Positions 36,239 to 50,823 of a stretch of DNA of 64,000 nt are shown one piece after another. How positions within the stretch are numbered: position 1 is the first letter of the stretch; each line of letters starts with the position of its first letter. The notes below the pieces were generated by a model. It made no database searches, had not been told where the DNA came from, and saw nothing but the letters and a program-made list of their open reading frames with translations. Position numbers and translations under genes: made by a program. Origin of the DNA: Tubiluchus corallicola (lineage: Eukaryota > Animalia > Priapulida); NCBI GenBank assembly GCA_030141605.1, contig JAQGDQ010000128.1:463771-527770 (forward strand), in the 5' to 3' direction.

Positions 36239-39200
36239 ATGGATGCGCTGATAAAATCTTATGGAAGTGATTCTGAATCAGACTATGAAGACAGTGATTT
36301 AGCTTTAGCAGAAAAGCTTAAGAAAGTGCAAGCCAAGAAGATTTTAATAAGTACTTCAAATTCCCCTGTTAACTACTCGGAAAATGTGCATCCTCGACTA
36401 CCAGCCCGAACCAAATGTGTGCCTGCGGATGTCACTGATGATTCTCAGCATCACAATTTTGAAGATTACAATCATCAGAAACTTTATAGTATAACTGCAA
36501 GAACAGATTCTGAAGATTGTAACAAACGGGGAAATATATTAATGTCCAAAATTTACCATTATGATCCTACAGCGACACCAAATAAAACTAGGCCTAGTGT
36601 TTACAACACTTCTCACCATGCCCTACCTCGATTGGCTGACAATGTTATGCATTGTGAACAAGGTGTGCCGCTTATGCAAAGAGAAATTAGTGCTGCTTCT
36701 TTAGGATGCAAATCGACTGTGCCACAGCAAGCAACACAAAGCTTAGCGGATACCAGTGCTTATGCTTCATTGTTTTCAGTGCAACAGCACCAATCGTGTT
36801 CTAACACTGGACAACCATTTGTAATGCAAGCACCTCATTCCCGTGCACAAAAAGGTGTAGCTGTTAGTTCACTGCACATGCCTGTGCATAATATCAGACA
36901 TACCGAGCCTGTGATTACACATTCGGTAGAATCATTGTCACACAACCGTAATACATTGACCACACATGAACAGCACGGCAGTTGTGTTCTGCCTCCTGTG
37001 AGATCACCTTTTCAACATCACGAGCCTTACGCGCAAGCAAGTACTATAGTTGTAGGAGGAACTAATCAAAGATATCAAACAGCTAAACCTATTTCACACA
37101 TGTCTCATTCCGTTAGTGCTATAACTACTGCTGTTTCTTATGCACAATCATTTAAAGTTAGTAATCCACCTGGAGTTTATTCCGCCGCACTCCATCAAGA
37201 ACCATCTCTATTAGCACAACATTCTTCCTCTATTCTTCCTGCAGGTGCAAAAATAGATCAGCTTGCATTACCAAAAAAACGTGAATCTAATGTTCAAGAA
37301 AAACCAAGCTCTAATCTAAAGCAAATATTGAAAACCGCTTTACCAGTCCATGTAAGTGAAAATGATATGGCTGAAATTCTGCAACTAACTGCCAGTATAC
37401 AAAAAACACGTGAGGCATTAGCAAGATCTGGCACTGCTTCTCTACCTAGCCAAAAACGAAATTTTTCCAGCAGTTGTGACTTGTCCACTGATAAACCTAT
37501 AGTACCATCTGTGCAGAGCAATGACAGTCTTCTAATAAGACCGTATCAGTCTAAGAAACAACGACTACAGTCATCGACTAGTTTGCAAGTTGTTCTTGCA
37601 TCTAACTGCCAAGAATCTATACATGTTCCTTATCCTGAGATTAAGAGCCGGTGTGAAAGTTACATTACAAGCAGTTTGCCTCATAAAATTGCAGCGAGAT
37701 TGACTGATCACACAAAGGCTGCTCTGGTACACTGGTGTTCAAAATCTCAGCTAAGTCATCTGCTTGCGTCTGCTTCTATGGATGGAACGGTATAGTTAAT
37801 AATCAATCACTGAGGGTAATATAATAAAATTTTTGGGTTTTTGAACCAGTCTGATAATAATGATGTAGTTCTAATTAGCAAACTATATATCTTTGCATCT
37901 GTCTAATGCTGAACATTACACCTGATGGCTTACAACAACACTGTAGTAAATGTGAGTAGAGATAAATTTTATTGCCTTTAGCCTTTGTAAATGAATTTTT
38001 GCTGTAGGAGGGATTTCTTCTCACTTACTAATGAACACATAATTTCGTGTACAGACACCTCGTGCTTAATTAACTATAATTGTGTACATTACTGTGAACA
38101 TTTTTAAATTAGATTTGTTACATAATTTTTGTCGTAGGTAAAATTATGGGACATATTTAAAAGGAAGTGTGTTAGAAGTTTTGAAAAGCACAAATATGCT
38201 GTAAAGGAGGTTAGATGGAGTAGCGACGGTAGTAAAATTCTCACCGGGTCATTGGACGCAACAGCTCGTATAACGGACACAGAAACAGGTAATGGGGCTT
38301 GATTATTTTAACTATTATCACTTATTTATTTTTGAGTTATAATGTGCATTGCAATTTTATAAGATGAACGCTAAAATTTTTAAACATGTAATGTGTAAAT
38401 ACACCCATATTTAATTCCCGAGCCTGGGTCCTAGGAAAAATCCAGTGATTCATTCACTCATTTTGTCTGCCATACTTTTTTCAGCTCCTAAAATGTTTAT
38501 CCAATTGACTTGATTTTTGGTAGGATGATTAGTTAGGATATCCTTTGTTCAACATAAAAAAATTGTTGCAATTTCTTTGTTTATTGAATTAATTATAGCT
38601 ATTTAAGCCGTTGTTGTTGTTCATGTTATATAAAACTCTGTGAGGCAAACAATGTGTATCGTGTTCTAAATTTTCATGAAAATTTGTATTCTTTGATAAC
38701 CGTAAATGTTGTATCTGTTAACAGTAAAGTGATTTTTAGTTTTCTGCTGTTGTGCTAGTTTATGGGCTGTTACCATGTTTTCTCCTTTGGTCCATAACTT
38801 GATCCAGTCTATAATTGGTAAACTGAAATTGTAAATTAGTAACTGGTATTGATGTAACACGTTTTGTGAACAATTTCAGTTTTATCTTATACTGTCATAC
38901 TGCAGAAGCAGATAATTATTATTATTATTTTATTTATTTGACATTTATATCAGTACATAACAAATACCATAGAACAGCAAATAAAACTAAATTAAAAATC
39001 ACTATTTAAAATATTACTACAAGACAAATTAAGTAAATATTTACATCAAGCTAAATATTTAGCAAAGGGTTAGTAAGTGTATATTCTCAATGGGCAAAAG
39101 TTTTCGAAGTTAAAATGACATCAGTATTAAAAATAAAGCTATGTGTTACTTCATTGTTTGAATTTTAAACCCCATTGTTGAAGGCTAAAAGTACTTTTAC

Positions 39201-42200
39201 CTAAAATCACTTTAAAATGATTACAACCATATTCTATAATAAGGTTTATAGCTTCATTTGTGCATGATTATGTGCAGAACTAAGTTGAATTCAGGATCAC
39301 AAAAGCTATTTATTTTCAGGCACTATCTGCGATTGTATAGTTCTTCTGCTTGAAGTGCTTTAATGAAAACAAGGCATGTTGGTAAAAGTCCTACTTGTAC
39401 CACATAAGCAAATACATTTCTTAAATACTCCTTTTAACACAAAATTTGATATTCTATACAGTTTTATTATTATTTGTACAATAAAAAGCTACCACGCTAC
39501 TTTTCTTTTAATAAGTTTAATAAGTAAAGTGCCTTATGCGATTTAATGTCTTTCTGAAAGAAATATAGTGGGAACCAACACAATTAATTTTTGTTAGACT
39601 TTTAATCGTCATTATTCTCTTTTGCACGGATGCTTGTAGGCCATGAAATACAGAATCTTCGTCATTCTACATTTGTTTGGAATGTACAGTATCATTTAAA
39701 CGACGACAACCTGTTTTTAACGTCTGTGCCTGACAAAATATTCGCTTGGGATATGCGAGTAAATGTAAGCTCTGGACCAATCCGATCATTCAGGGAACAG
39801 TTTGGGAATGTAAGTCTCTGTTAATTCTTGCCTTGTTTTATGTACGAAATAAATTGTTTTTATGTAGCGCATTTCCAACATTAATTAAGACCTAATGGTG
39901 CTGCATGTTAATTGATTTAATGAAGGGCAACCTGTTTTATACACTGACACACTGCAAGCTGAAATCTAGTGTTCAATTGTACAGTCTACTCAGTGCTGAT
40001 GTTGTGGATTGTTGTCAAGGATAACCATCTAAGATAAGATACTGAATCAGCAGGAGCATCTTAGCTATGTTCGGATGATATACGAATACAATGTTACATC
40101 CTTTCCTCAACGAGATAACCGCCAGAATCAATATTGTGAATAAAACTACACAGAATGCATATTGAACCTAGGCAGTCATGAACAGTCAGTGATGGGCATC
40201 AGCATTGCTTGGCCTCAGTCTCAAACTACATGCTGTCAACCCTTGGATATTCAACTAGACTCAAAACTGAAAAGTTATATACAATCCGTACAAATAAAGG
40301 CTATGTTTATAAAATAAATAGTTCAAATTGACACGCAAAGTTTAACATGTAGTGTAATGATAACGCTGAGCGGACAAATGAAGTCTGCTGGCCAGTGAGC
40401 ATGTTTTATAAACCTCGGCAGCATTTCGATAAGTCATTATTGGTCCCGACCTCGATTAAAAATTGTAATTTTAAATGGGCCAAAAAAGTTCAATCATTGG
40501 CTCCTGTACCTTCGATTTAAAAATCAAAGCTGTACTATAGGCTTATTGACCTGTAGTTTGAACCTTTAATAATTTGTTTTTCATCAGGTACAAGACATGG
40601 AGTTTCTCGGAGATGGTAAAGAGTTTGTTAGCTCGGGTGATGTTGTTTCTCGTGCTTCATCTACTACCCAAATTATGGCATGGGACTTTGCCTCTGGAGC
40701 AGCTCTTAGTAATCAAATATTTAAGGTAAGAGGATATTATGTGTAATTGTCATATTTAATCATTTGAATTGCAAAAGCAGAGCAAACTAGAAGCCTGTGA
40801 TGTCAAATTCAGTGCTAGTGAATGTTTTTTGTGTGTGAACGATTGTTTTGCATTTTAGGCTGTTAGCGAAGCAGTGATTTTCTAGACTTTTTTATTTTTT
40901 ACATCTGAAACAAACAATGAAATGTCGGTAGAACAAATAAAAATTGTATTTTACATGTAGTTCAAAAGTTTGTTGACACCTTTAGCTTTATGGCTTGTAA
41001 TACATTCAAAAATTGTCGAGCAAAACAACTTTTCTATATCTTTAGCTCCTGTGACACCGCATGATGACCATGAAGACCTGTCTGCAACCCCCCGATATAA
41101 AGTATTTCTTGATGATCGTGGCCAGATCTCCGAAGATCATAAGAAAATAAAACAGAAAAGCTTCTTCCACTGGCTTCTTTTCCACTGTACTTAAATTATT
41201 ATGAATGTAGTGACATTGTTTTAAAAGCCTAAAGCAAACACTGACAAACAAGTCTGAAATTTAGGCTGATACATATACGATGGTACTAAATCCATAAAGT
41301 TTTTAGTTATGATGGAGTAACGCTCACAATGCGACTATACAATCCGAATCACAGCCACCAAACACTAACAAACAAATTTTTCAGAGATCACAATGATCTT
41401 CAAGATCACAGTACATTCCTAGCCATTTCAACTGCGTTGTTACTCAGTCTGATGGAGACTTGGCCACTTTTTAAATTCACAGTGAGGTCGTCTATCAGTA
41501 CTGTGGAGCTATAAGTTCCATATTTTAAAGGTGTTTATTTTGTGAGAAGCATCACCATTGCATGTCAGCAAATGATGACTGTCTTTAGCAGTTTCACTTG
41601 CACCACATATAATGAAAATATGTTGCAGGTTGCTAAATCATATTGCAAATGTCAATCAGATTGGGTTTGATTTTTCCCCTGCTGCAGTCCCTTGCTCATT
41701 AGAAGTCAGTTGCCATATTAAACCTCTAATACATCATTACTTCTGTGAAAGATGCTTTCAAAACTTTTCATCTTTGGTTCATAAATGCTGACATTCATGG
41801 ATGACTTTCATCTTTGGTTCATAAATGCTGACATTCATGGATGTTTTTGCCGAGCACTGCTTACAGTTAACTCCAAGCATGTCTAAATGCAGAACAGACA
41901 TTTCTAAGGCCAGTTTTTTCCTCATGCTTCTTATCTGTGAAATTCTCGCCAGAAAAATGTTGAGGAATTTCAAGGTTGTACAGTTTCATTAATAAAAAAA
42001 ACAGTCTATTTACTTAAGGTAGAATTAATGCTATTTACCAATAAGTTTAAATCTTTTTCAGGAACCGCATGTTGTTACTTGTCTTCGAAGACATCCTCAC
42101 GATGCTTTCTTTCTTGCACAAACTCATGCTGATTACATGGCTCTGTTTTCTTCTCAAAGGCCTTACAAGATGAATAAAGACCGGCTCTTTAAAGGTCACA

Positions 42201-43167
42201 AGGTTAGTATAGTAGCACTGCATTTTTTTCTTGTGATTCTTAAATTCAATGAATGGCGGCTGTGGTAGTACTACTAGACATTTTTTTGGAGCTTGGCGTT
42301 ATTGCAGTGATCACTGCTTAGCACTGTGAGGAAACAAATTATTGCTGCTAAGCTCTGTCTCTCTTTGAATTAGCGCTAGGCATGAAGCTACGTTTTGTGC
42401 AACATTTATTCCTATAACCTAAAATTTTGACTGAGAAGTGTGACAAAAATAGTAAGAGCGCTGCTGCTTGCATATCTTCCAAGAAATACTGGTGATCTTC
42501 ACGAAAATCATAATCACGTAAGTGAGAGTTTTGTTATCTTTTCTCTATTTATGTCTAGCTTAGCTTTTTCAAATTGGCTTTTGTGAAATATTATTGTTAA
42601 CAATATTGAACCAGTGCTATTAAGTCTTGTAAGAATATTATATACTATATTATACTATATATTATTCAGGCACGAAAGTAAATACTAAAAAGCAAAATAG
42701 CACTTAAGCAGCATATAATAGCATATGTACAGCAGTAGGGATACATTAGCATGCCAGGGCCAACAGCAGGGAGCTTAATCCCCAAAAAGCATGCTGGTCG
42801 ATACTAATGAAGTGAATAGGGGAATATAAATAATCATTCAAAACAAGTTTAAACATACAAAAATCAGATATAAAACACACACATCATTTTGATGTTGATC
42901 ATAATATATAAAGTATTTGCATCGTCCTTGTTTCGATTTCAGGTGTCTGGATATCATGTCAAGTGTGATTTCAGCCCTCATGGAAGTTTCATTGTGTCTG
43001 GCAGTTCCGATGGGAAAGTCTTTTTCTACAGTTACAAAACTGGAGTTGTGATTCGTAGCTTAGTTGTTTCTGAGAATGATCCATGTATTGGTGTTTCCTT
43101 CCATCCAGTATTGCCCAGTACAGTAGCCACGTCGAACTGGTCTGGTCTCATTACCATTTGGGAGTAA
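36239..43167 (+). CDS. WDR25: WD repeat-containing protein 25 (about 791 aa, long low-complexity N-terminus)
   Basis: Exons 36239-37789, 38138-38288, 39640-39809, 40588-40725, 42062-42202, 42943-43167 (TAA), in phase. Motifs: N-terminal LIKSYGSDSE, HLLASASMDGTVKLWD, IMAWDFASGAALSNQIF, FLAQT...RPYKMNK..FKGHKVSGY, HPVLPSTVATSNWSG. Confidence 0.9.
41766..41843. repeat. Tandem duplication, 40-bp period, two copies
   Basis: TTTCATCTTTGGTTCATAAATGCTGACATTCATGGATG occurs twice in a WDR25 intron. Confidence 0.9.
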
Positions 43168-45565
43168 CAAATGTGATTGGTATTATTTTGGGACATTTGC
43201 ACAACTTTTGAAAATTAATTTCGAGTTCTACAAACGATTTTGCAATTTGATGTTTAAGGAGTATACTTTAAAAATATTTAAGTGAAGTGCACTGTTTACG
43301 TATTACGAAAGAAGAATTATATACTCTGTAAAGTCTGCCAAACTAGTTCATACATTACTAACACTAATTGTCAGAACAAGTGCTCTAGACGATTACTGAC
43401 TTCAAGTATCAAATTATTTTTGAAGGACCTTTGATCTCGACTCCCATATTGTCAATCTCGTCGCACGTTTCACTGGATATATTGCAAGCAGTAATGATGC
43501 TCTAATGACTATACAAAGTAAAATATTCTGTGTATTGCGACATTGCTTTTATGTTATTACTGTAACCTGCTGTTGCCAGTATAGTGTCAACTTCTTGTAT
43601 GAACAAGGATGGTTTCTATGATTTTTATGTACATTTGTGCTGTTTAGGAATTTTATTTGCTTGGTGCAGTTTATTTTGGTAATTCAGTAATTTATTAAAT
43701 ATGTAAAATGATTTTCAAACTTAGCTAATGTAAAATTATATTTGCATTATAGTTCTAATCACGGAAGATACATTATATATCTGTAGAATATCTGTGGTTT
43801 TATTATAAAGTTGTATCAAAAAGTCAGATTTGCAAAGAGGAGTGACTTTACCTGATTTCTATTTAAAAAAAAAACTTCTAGACTTCTGTTGTGTGTACAT
43901 AGTGTGCGTATTCCACCTGAGATGTACACAAACTGAAAAAGAAGATTCGTGGAAACATGTCTGTAACCATTGCTCCAGAATGGCTTGCGACATGTAGTGC
44001 AAGTTTCAATGAAATAAATTAAACTTTGTCATCTGAGTCAAGATCAAAGGATTATGTTTTGAAGGTTATAACACGCAAACACTACTGTGTGAATTGTATA
44101 TCCACCATGCTATTGATAGTTTTAGTTGTCAGGCATCAGGCTGCATCACTAGACTTGTGCTTGTGATCCATGAAGGGATGCATTCCTAAGGAGAAAAAAC
44201 TGTTTGAGTGTACATGACATTTTAGTGCTTTTGCATAACAGTGTTTTTCGTATTTTGAATATTGCAAATATTATTATAAGCATTTAAAAGTACTGTTTTA
44301 TGCTTTTATATACAGATTGTGTTTACCATGTCAACTTTATCAAGCCAGTCTCATAAGTTGGTGTTAGCAGCAAGAACCTGATCCTAAAGCTCATTTTGTA
44401 AAAGATGGTCCATAAGTGATTCGTGCAACATTACGATTTATCCTAAACCATAAATATAGTACATTATTCAAAAAGATTGAAGCAAGTGCAAGATCTGGAT
44501 GTGGAGCTTTAATAAAGCTTGACCTAGCATGTCTAGAGGTCTAGATAGCCATTAATCCACCACTGATAAGCACTGATTTTCGTCTAGGAGGTTTTATTTT
44601 TGAGCAGCTGTGCACCACTTTTCTGACATAAAATGGCATATAATCTGACTTGTGGGTGTTACTGCCGTAGTCCGAATACAAGTAATTAAAATTACAAATT
44701 ATGGTTAAGGGGTGAGTGACTAGATGACTTACGGTCTTTCCTCGCCCCATCTCCACAGATAAAGTTATTTTTTCGTAAAATGGAAATTTGTGACACATTT
44801 GGAGAAAATAAATGTATATATATATGGTTGCAGTAGCTTTTGTCACAAGTCACGTCAGACGTCAGCAATCAAATATAAATCCGTGTAACATATTGTACTT
44901 GCATTGCAGTACAAGCAAATGGACCAGGTGTTCATTGCAATTTCCTTTGACTGAATTGATCACATAATTTATTATAACCTTTGCTTAATATGCAACTAAA
45001 AGGACTGACAGCAAACATCAACCAAGAAAAGACAGGCGTCGGTGTTGATTAAATTTTACTGACACGAGTTGTGATAAAAAATATTTGAATACTAAGTCAA
45101 AATGCTTTGTCTGATTGAACAGACATGGAATTGTCTTAATGTGATTAAATAGACTGATGCGTGACAGTTATGAGTAAATAAATTGTTGATTATTTAACCA
45201 TTACTTATGTTATCGTTCTTTTAGCCCCTTGTAAACTAACTAGTGCATATTTTTATAGTGTTTTATATTCTTACTGTTGGTGTGAACACGGTTAAGAGAA
45301 TTTGTGGTTTCTTCAGTATTTTTTTCCTAGTTCCTTTCACTCATTTAAGAAATACAGCTGCAAAAAAGCTTGTGCATTCTCAACATGCAGAGTACAAGAG
45401 AAAACATTGCTTACTAGACTTTGTTGTCTATGATTATTGCAACATTTTCTTAAAAAACGTGATCCTTGTCTGCAATTGTAAACATGAATTGTATACAGTC
45501 ATATTTGGCAATTAGTTTAAGTTATTCAATAAAAGGTGGCGCGTAACTCGTGATTACAGATCAAA

Positions 45566-48500
45566 ATGGCGACCATCAAACACTTAGCAAATTTTGGCAG
45601 TAAACTCGTTAGACTTTCTAGGTAAATATTAACTTTTAATTTAAAACGAATGCAATAAAAATGACGAATACTTGAAATTTAACTATTTATGTACTTGCGT
45701 TTTTTGTAGACTATGTAACTCGGTATGCTTTATCAAAGGCTCGATTCTTCAAGAAAAAATAGACATTTATTTTCTCCAATATTTAATGTGTTACAAATTT
45801 CGTTCTGCAAAAAACTTCTTTGTCCATCCAAAGAGTTGGGGAAAGACCTTCTAGGCACTCACCCCTTCAAAGTTAATTTCAGTTTAATTTTCAAACTTAA
45901 TGGTGTGAGCCGAGTTATTCCAATAAAAAATTAAATCGTATATGCGTTGTTGGGGGTAGTCATTTATATTAGATGGCTTCTGTGGACTAATAGTACATTA
46001 GTAATTAAACAGACGTGTGAGTGATGTATTCTATTATTTTTGAGCTTTTTTTGCTCAGTTTTATAGCTACCCCGCTATTGCGACTTTCATTTTGGTAGCC
46101 TTGTGTGTAAGGAACCAAAAACAGTGTTATGTAACACACTCATTTAAATATTCAACCTTTGTGACTCTTAACTGTTTTAGACACTATTATTTAAGTCATA
46201 AAGATGGCTGTAATATGTTTTTTAATGTACATACTGACTAGTGTTTTCATTGGGCATCCAGGTACCCGAGTAAATACCCACATGGTTTATTACTGGAGTC
46301 TAATATTTATACCTGGTTCCAGCAATGAAAATGCAGGCATTATTTTAACGTGATAGCCACATGCTGTGCACTTCTACAGTAAACACTTACAAGCCAACAA
46401 TTAATTGCTCCCAGGCCAACAGCTAGAAGGGAGATGGCAGATCAAACCACTTTTGCCATAGGAATGACTTACAAAAAACAAACTATCATTTCCTTACCAA
46501 GAGGTAATTATCCAAATTAAATTGTTTATAAACATTTAAAAACCTATTTCAGCCACCTAACAAAGATACAAATAAACAGATTGTTAAGCTTTACAGCGCA
46601 AAAAGGATAATATAGATTATTGTATTCCCTTAATCCCTATGCTGCATTAATAGTGCTCAGTGCAGTACCTAAGCTGATGTAACTGACTCATTGGTAAAGT
46701 GTGCAATATAAGTAATTAAGAAGTCTGGCAGATAAGGGTTTATTTTCCTTATGTGGCAAAACACTAATTTTTGCAACTCATAGCATGTACTCATGTATTC
46801 TGCCCTCAGCATATGCATACATGTAATAACTAAATGATTATGCTTGCTGTTAACCTAACAGTGCAGTTAGTTGAAATGCACCAGTTGTTGTTTTTATTTG
46901 TTAATTTAAATCATTACAACTTCTTTACTGCTCCTGAACTGTAACAATCGAGTGCACGACAGGTATAAGGAAAAGGGTGCCAAAGTCTAATTTTTGCTGT
47001 CCGTATAAACACTAATACTAACGGAAAAAATAATAGGCATCATATTGAATCGAGTAATTACGGATACTAGTATCACGCTGTAGAAAATTTCAGTGTTCAT
47101 AAACTTGTTTCTCGTGAATCCAACTAAATTCCTTTCTTTGATGCAATTAGTGTTCATCTGAATGCCCCACCTTTAACTGATTAACTGTAATTGCTTTCGC
47201 ACCCATTGAGGTGATCCATTCCACTAATCCATTTTCCTATGGCTGAAGAAATACTTCGTAAAACCCAAATTTTCTCTTTTCTTGCTCACTTCCACGCATA
47301 GTTTTCTTTTGATTTTGAACTTGTATATCTACTGTATTGATTCCTTAGATGATTTTAAAAACTTGTAGTAAATCTGCATATGTCCTTCTTGTTAATAGTA
47401 TGTGTAGACCTTGATGCTTTGGTTGTTAACAATAAGAGATGCTTTTCAGATATTCAACCAAATTGTAGTCCTTCTTGGACACCCTCATTCTAGCACATGT
47501 CTTTAACAAAGTATGGATTCAGAACAGGATTGTGTTTTTGTGTGCATTGTCTAAATTATTGTGTCATTCTTTGCAATTTTGATTTGACTGTAATTTTGTC
47601 GTATCGCAATTTTGCCAATGAAGCAGATCTAATCTATTTTTCATTGGGACATTAGGGCAATACTTCAAGACCGAAAAGAGTCCAAACAGACACACAAGAC
47701 TGATAATTCTATGGTCGCCCACTTTGTTGGGGCAACTATAAAAAGTACTTATGCTGTTAAAGTTAGTACTTGCCTCATCTGATACCTTTTTGCTCAATGT
47801 AGGGACAATACCTGTCTTTTGTAAGTTTTTGAGTTAAAGTAGCTGCCAGTAAGCATTTGCATATCTGTTGAGTCTGTTCATCTTGCAGGTTTGCCGAAGC
47901 AACAGGATTTATGGTTAGGCCAAGAGCACAACTAACAGACAAGACAAACAGTGAAGAACTAGTCTTAAGTGATAAATGTATTAAGGTAGGTGCTGTAAAT
48001 TAATTAAGTTTTTACAGAAATCTTTTTATCTTATCCAAGCATTCACTGTGTGTACTAATATAAGGAGATAATCTGCAGTTTTGTCTTATCATGCATAGAC
48101 TTGACAGTATGAATATCTGTAATTTTGGCACATTCCAATATTACTATACTTACTCAGTCAGAATTATATTTTATAAAGATGTTCAATGTTGTCAATGTCT
48201 TATTTTCCAGAGGTTAAAGAAAATTAGTGAGGGACCTGATGATTATCTCCGTGTAACAGTTGATGGTGGAGGATGTTCTGGTTTTCAGTATGGCTTCCGT
48301 TTTGATAACCACGTCAATGAGGATGACAGGTAAAAACTTGCTATTCATTTTCTTTCAAGTAAACTATATAGCAGTGAATTAGCTGTAACTTACACAAGTA
48401 TCTGGCCTGTGCGCTATTCTTGCATGGAAAGGCATTAATCATCTCATGCAAAATAATTCTGCAAATGCTTGTGTTGCATTATAGAATTTATGGATTATTG

Positions 48501-49583
48501 TGAATAGGGATTAAAAGCATTTCATGTGTACAGTTTTTGGAAGAATGGAGTATTTGCAAGTACAGTACGTAATAAAACTTGTTTTGTTTTTATCATGGAT
48601 AAAAATTTGAAAAAGAAAAGATTTAAAATTCAAAAACATGTTTCTGTAATGTAGGCAAGAAGGTGAACAATAAACATAAAACAAACGCATGTTTTATCCA
48701 AGCCCGATCAACGACACTGTATGGTTTAAAACGCAGTTAAGATAGATAGCCATGGGGTTGTGTCCAAGCTAAGTTAACATCACAAGATCGATTTTCAATA
48801 AGTCGATGCCAGTCTACAAAATGATCCGCAAGCTATGATTTCTGTTATAGCAAGTCATTTCATTATCAAGTGCCAGTACTTCTTTTGTTGATTCGGCTTG
48901 TTTTAGTAATAAGAGTTTGTTTTATTTAATAACGTTTTCCCAATTTTTATTTTATGGCCCTTGTAAAAATGTCCTGTTAGCCTCTCTAACTCTTTTTTGT
49001 AGAGCAAACCAAACTCTCATATGTTTGTAAGATGTTATATATTCAAAATGATTAAAAGATGTTAGCATATTAGTAATGTATTTAAAACTCCGCTTTTTAA
49101 ACAAGCCATTAATGTACCAAAGACAATTTTAACATTTGAGTTGTGGGTTATTTTATGTGCAGTCTGTGAGATTTTTCTAAAAGTGGACTAGTCTTTTTGT
49201 AAATGTCTTTGTACAAAATAATTTGCTATGTCATTTTCGCACAGTCATTTGATGTACCATGGCACTGTAGAGCCCCAGTACACAATTTTTCAAGTGATCT
49301 TGTTTATACGTTTCCATATTGTAGCATTTAGATCTTTTTTACAGTACTTCCATCACTGCCATTGTCACAGTTAAACAATTCAAGCTTAATTTTTGTTTTC
49401 AGAGTTTTTGAAAAAGATGGAGTGAAAGTGGTAATTGACCAGCTGTCACTGGATTTTGTGAAAGGATCGACACTTGATTATAATGCCGAGTTGATACGAT
49501 CTTCATTCCGCATTGTTCAAAATCCTAATGCTGATCAGGGCTGTTCATGTGGTGCTTCATTTTCCTTAAAGCTAGATGGATAA
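45566..49583 (+). CDS. ISCA2: Iron-sulfur cluster assembly 2 homolog, mitochondrial (about 150 aa)
   Basis: Exons 45566-45621, 47889-47985, 48211-48329, 49403-49583 (TAA). Basic presequence-like N-terminus, [22 protein letters not shown] and GCSCGASF; all three A-type carrier cysteines are present. Confidence 0.95.
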
Positions 49584-50333
49584 GTCTTTCTGGTGTGTCA
49601 TATTTGTCAACAATATTTTTTCTATTTAAGTTTAAAAAAGGCTAAGTTATTGATAACCTTGACATCTGACATTCATTTGTAAAGTTTGCTTGAAATACTA
49701 CCAACACACCATATTCATCTAGAAATTAAGTTAAGTTAAATTAACACAGAACGCGATGAAGTTATGTTGCAGCAGCTGTTTTTTATTGATTTTTTCACTG
49801 AGTTGTATTTTTGAAAGCAAACAAACATGAAACTGCTGAAAATTGTCAAATGATTTTATCAAACATACAAAACAGTAAATCTGTACACCAAGTGTTGGTC
49901 TACTTACCTGTGTATTCTTGATGTACTCATTTATTTTTTAGCTGCATTTTTATTTCCATGCCTCCATAGTTGATGCACATCCATATGCTTAGGCATTAGA
50001 GAGAAAAAGGAACACTCACTGCCAATTTTCATGTTATCTTAACCTAGCATCTTATTTGACCTCTTCAAGAATTCTTGCTTGTTACTATAAAAGTAAAAAT
50101 TTTATTCTTCATTGGATTTTGTTGTCCTTTTGTGGATATCACCGATTTTCTTTATGGCAGAAACAATGTCTGTTTAATAAGCCTGTTTTTTGCCACTATG
50201 TGTATTTAATATTCCTTATGTTAATAGGAATACTCTGTATTTAATTGGTCTAATTTCTCTATGTACACTTAATTTTTGTGGAAGTTTCATGGATATTTTT
50301 GGTTCAATTTTGTGGAAGCTTTTTTTCATACTA

Positions 50334-50823
50334 CAGTGGCCGCCGCTTATTATGGACACGGTTATTGTGGACAGCCGGTTATTGTGGACAACTCGCGAGG
50401 GACGGAATTTTCCCCTAATAAAATCCGCCGGTTAATATGGACAACCGCCGCTTAATATGGACAGCGAACATTCTTGGCACGTGAATCAGCCGTGCCAACC
50501 ACGGCCTGCGCGCATGATTGAAAAGAGCTTCCCGCTCTGCTGCCTGTGTGAGTCATTGCATCAGTCAGTTCGCCGTTTGCCGTGAGAGCTTCGAAACTGT
50601 GATAACTTCCTTCCGTTCAAGGTTGAGAGAAAAGTTTCCTGCCAAACAAACTCGTCTGACTTCTTTTCTTCAATAAAACAGGAGACGAGTTGATACAGAC
50701 AGTTTTTTGCCTTTTTTAATGAAGGGGAAGGGTCTTCATGGGTCACTTCGCTTAATATGGACAGCCGCTTAATATGGACATACACTGCTGGCCCGAGGTG
50801 TCCACAATAAGCGGCGGGCACTG
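50334..50823. mobile_element. Tigger/pogo-like MITE (490 bp) with TA target-site duplication
   Basis: TA|CAGTGGCCGCCGCTTATTATGGACAC ... GTGTCCACAATAAGCGGCGGGCACTG|TA (26-bp TIR, 2 mismatches). Repeated subterminal TTA(A/T)T(A/G)TGGACA motifs. GC-richer than the flanks. Confidence 0.9.

Noticed and set aside
50334-50823. Repeated TTA(A/T)T(A/G)TGGACA units as a CRISPR-like array
   Set aside because: Short, irregularly spaced subterminal MITE motifs inside TIRs, in eukaryotic DNA with no cas genes.
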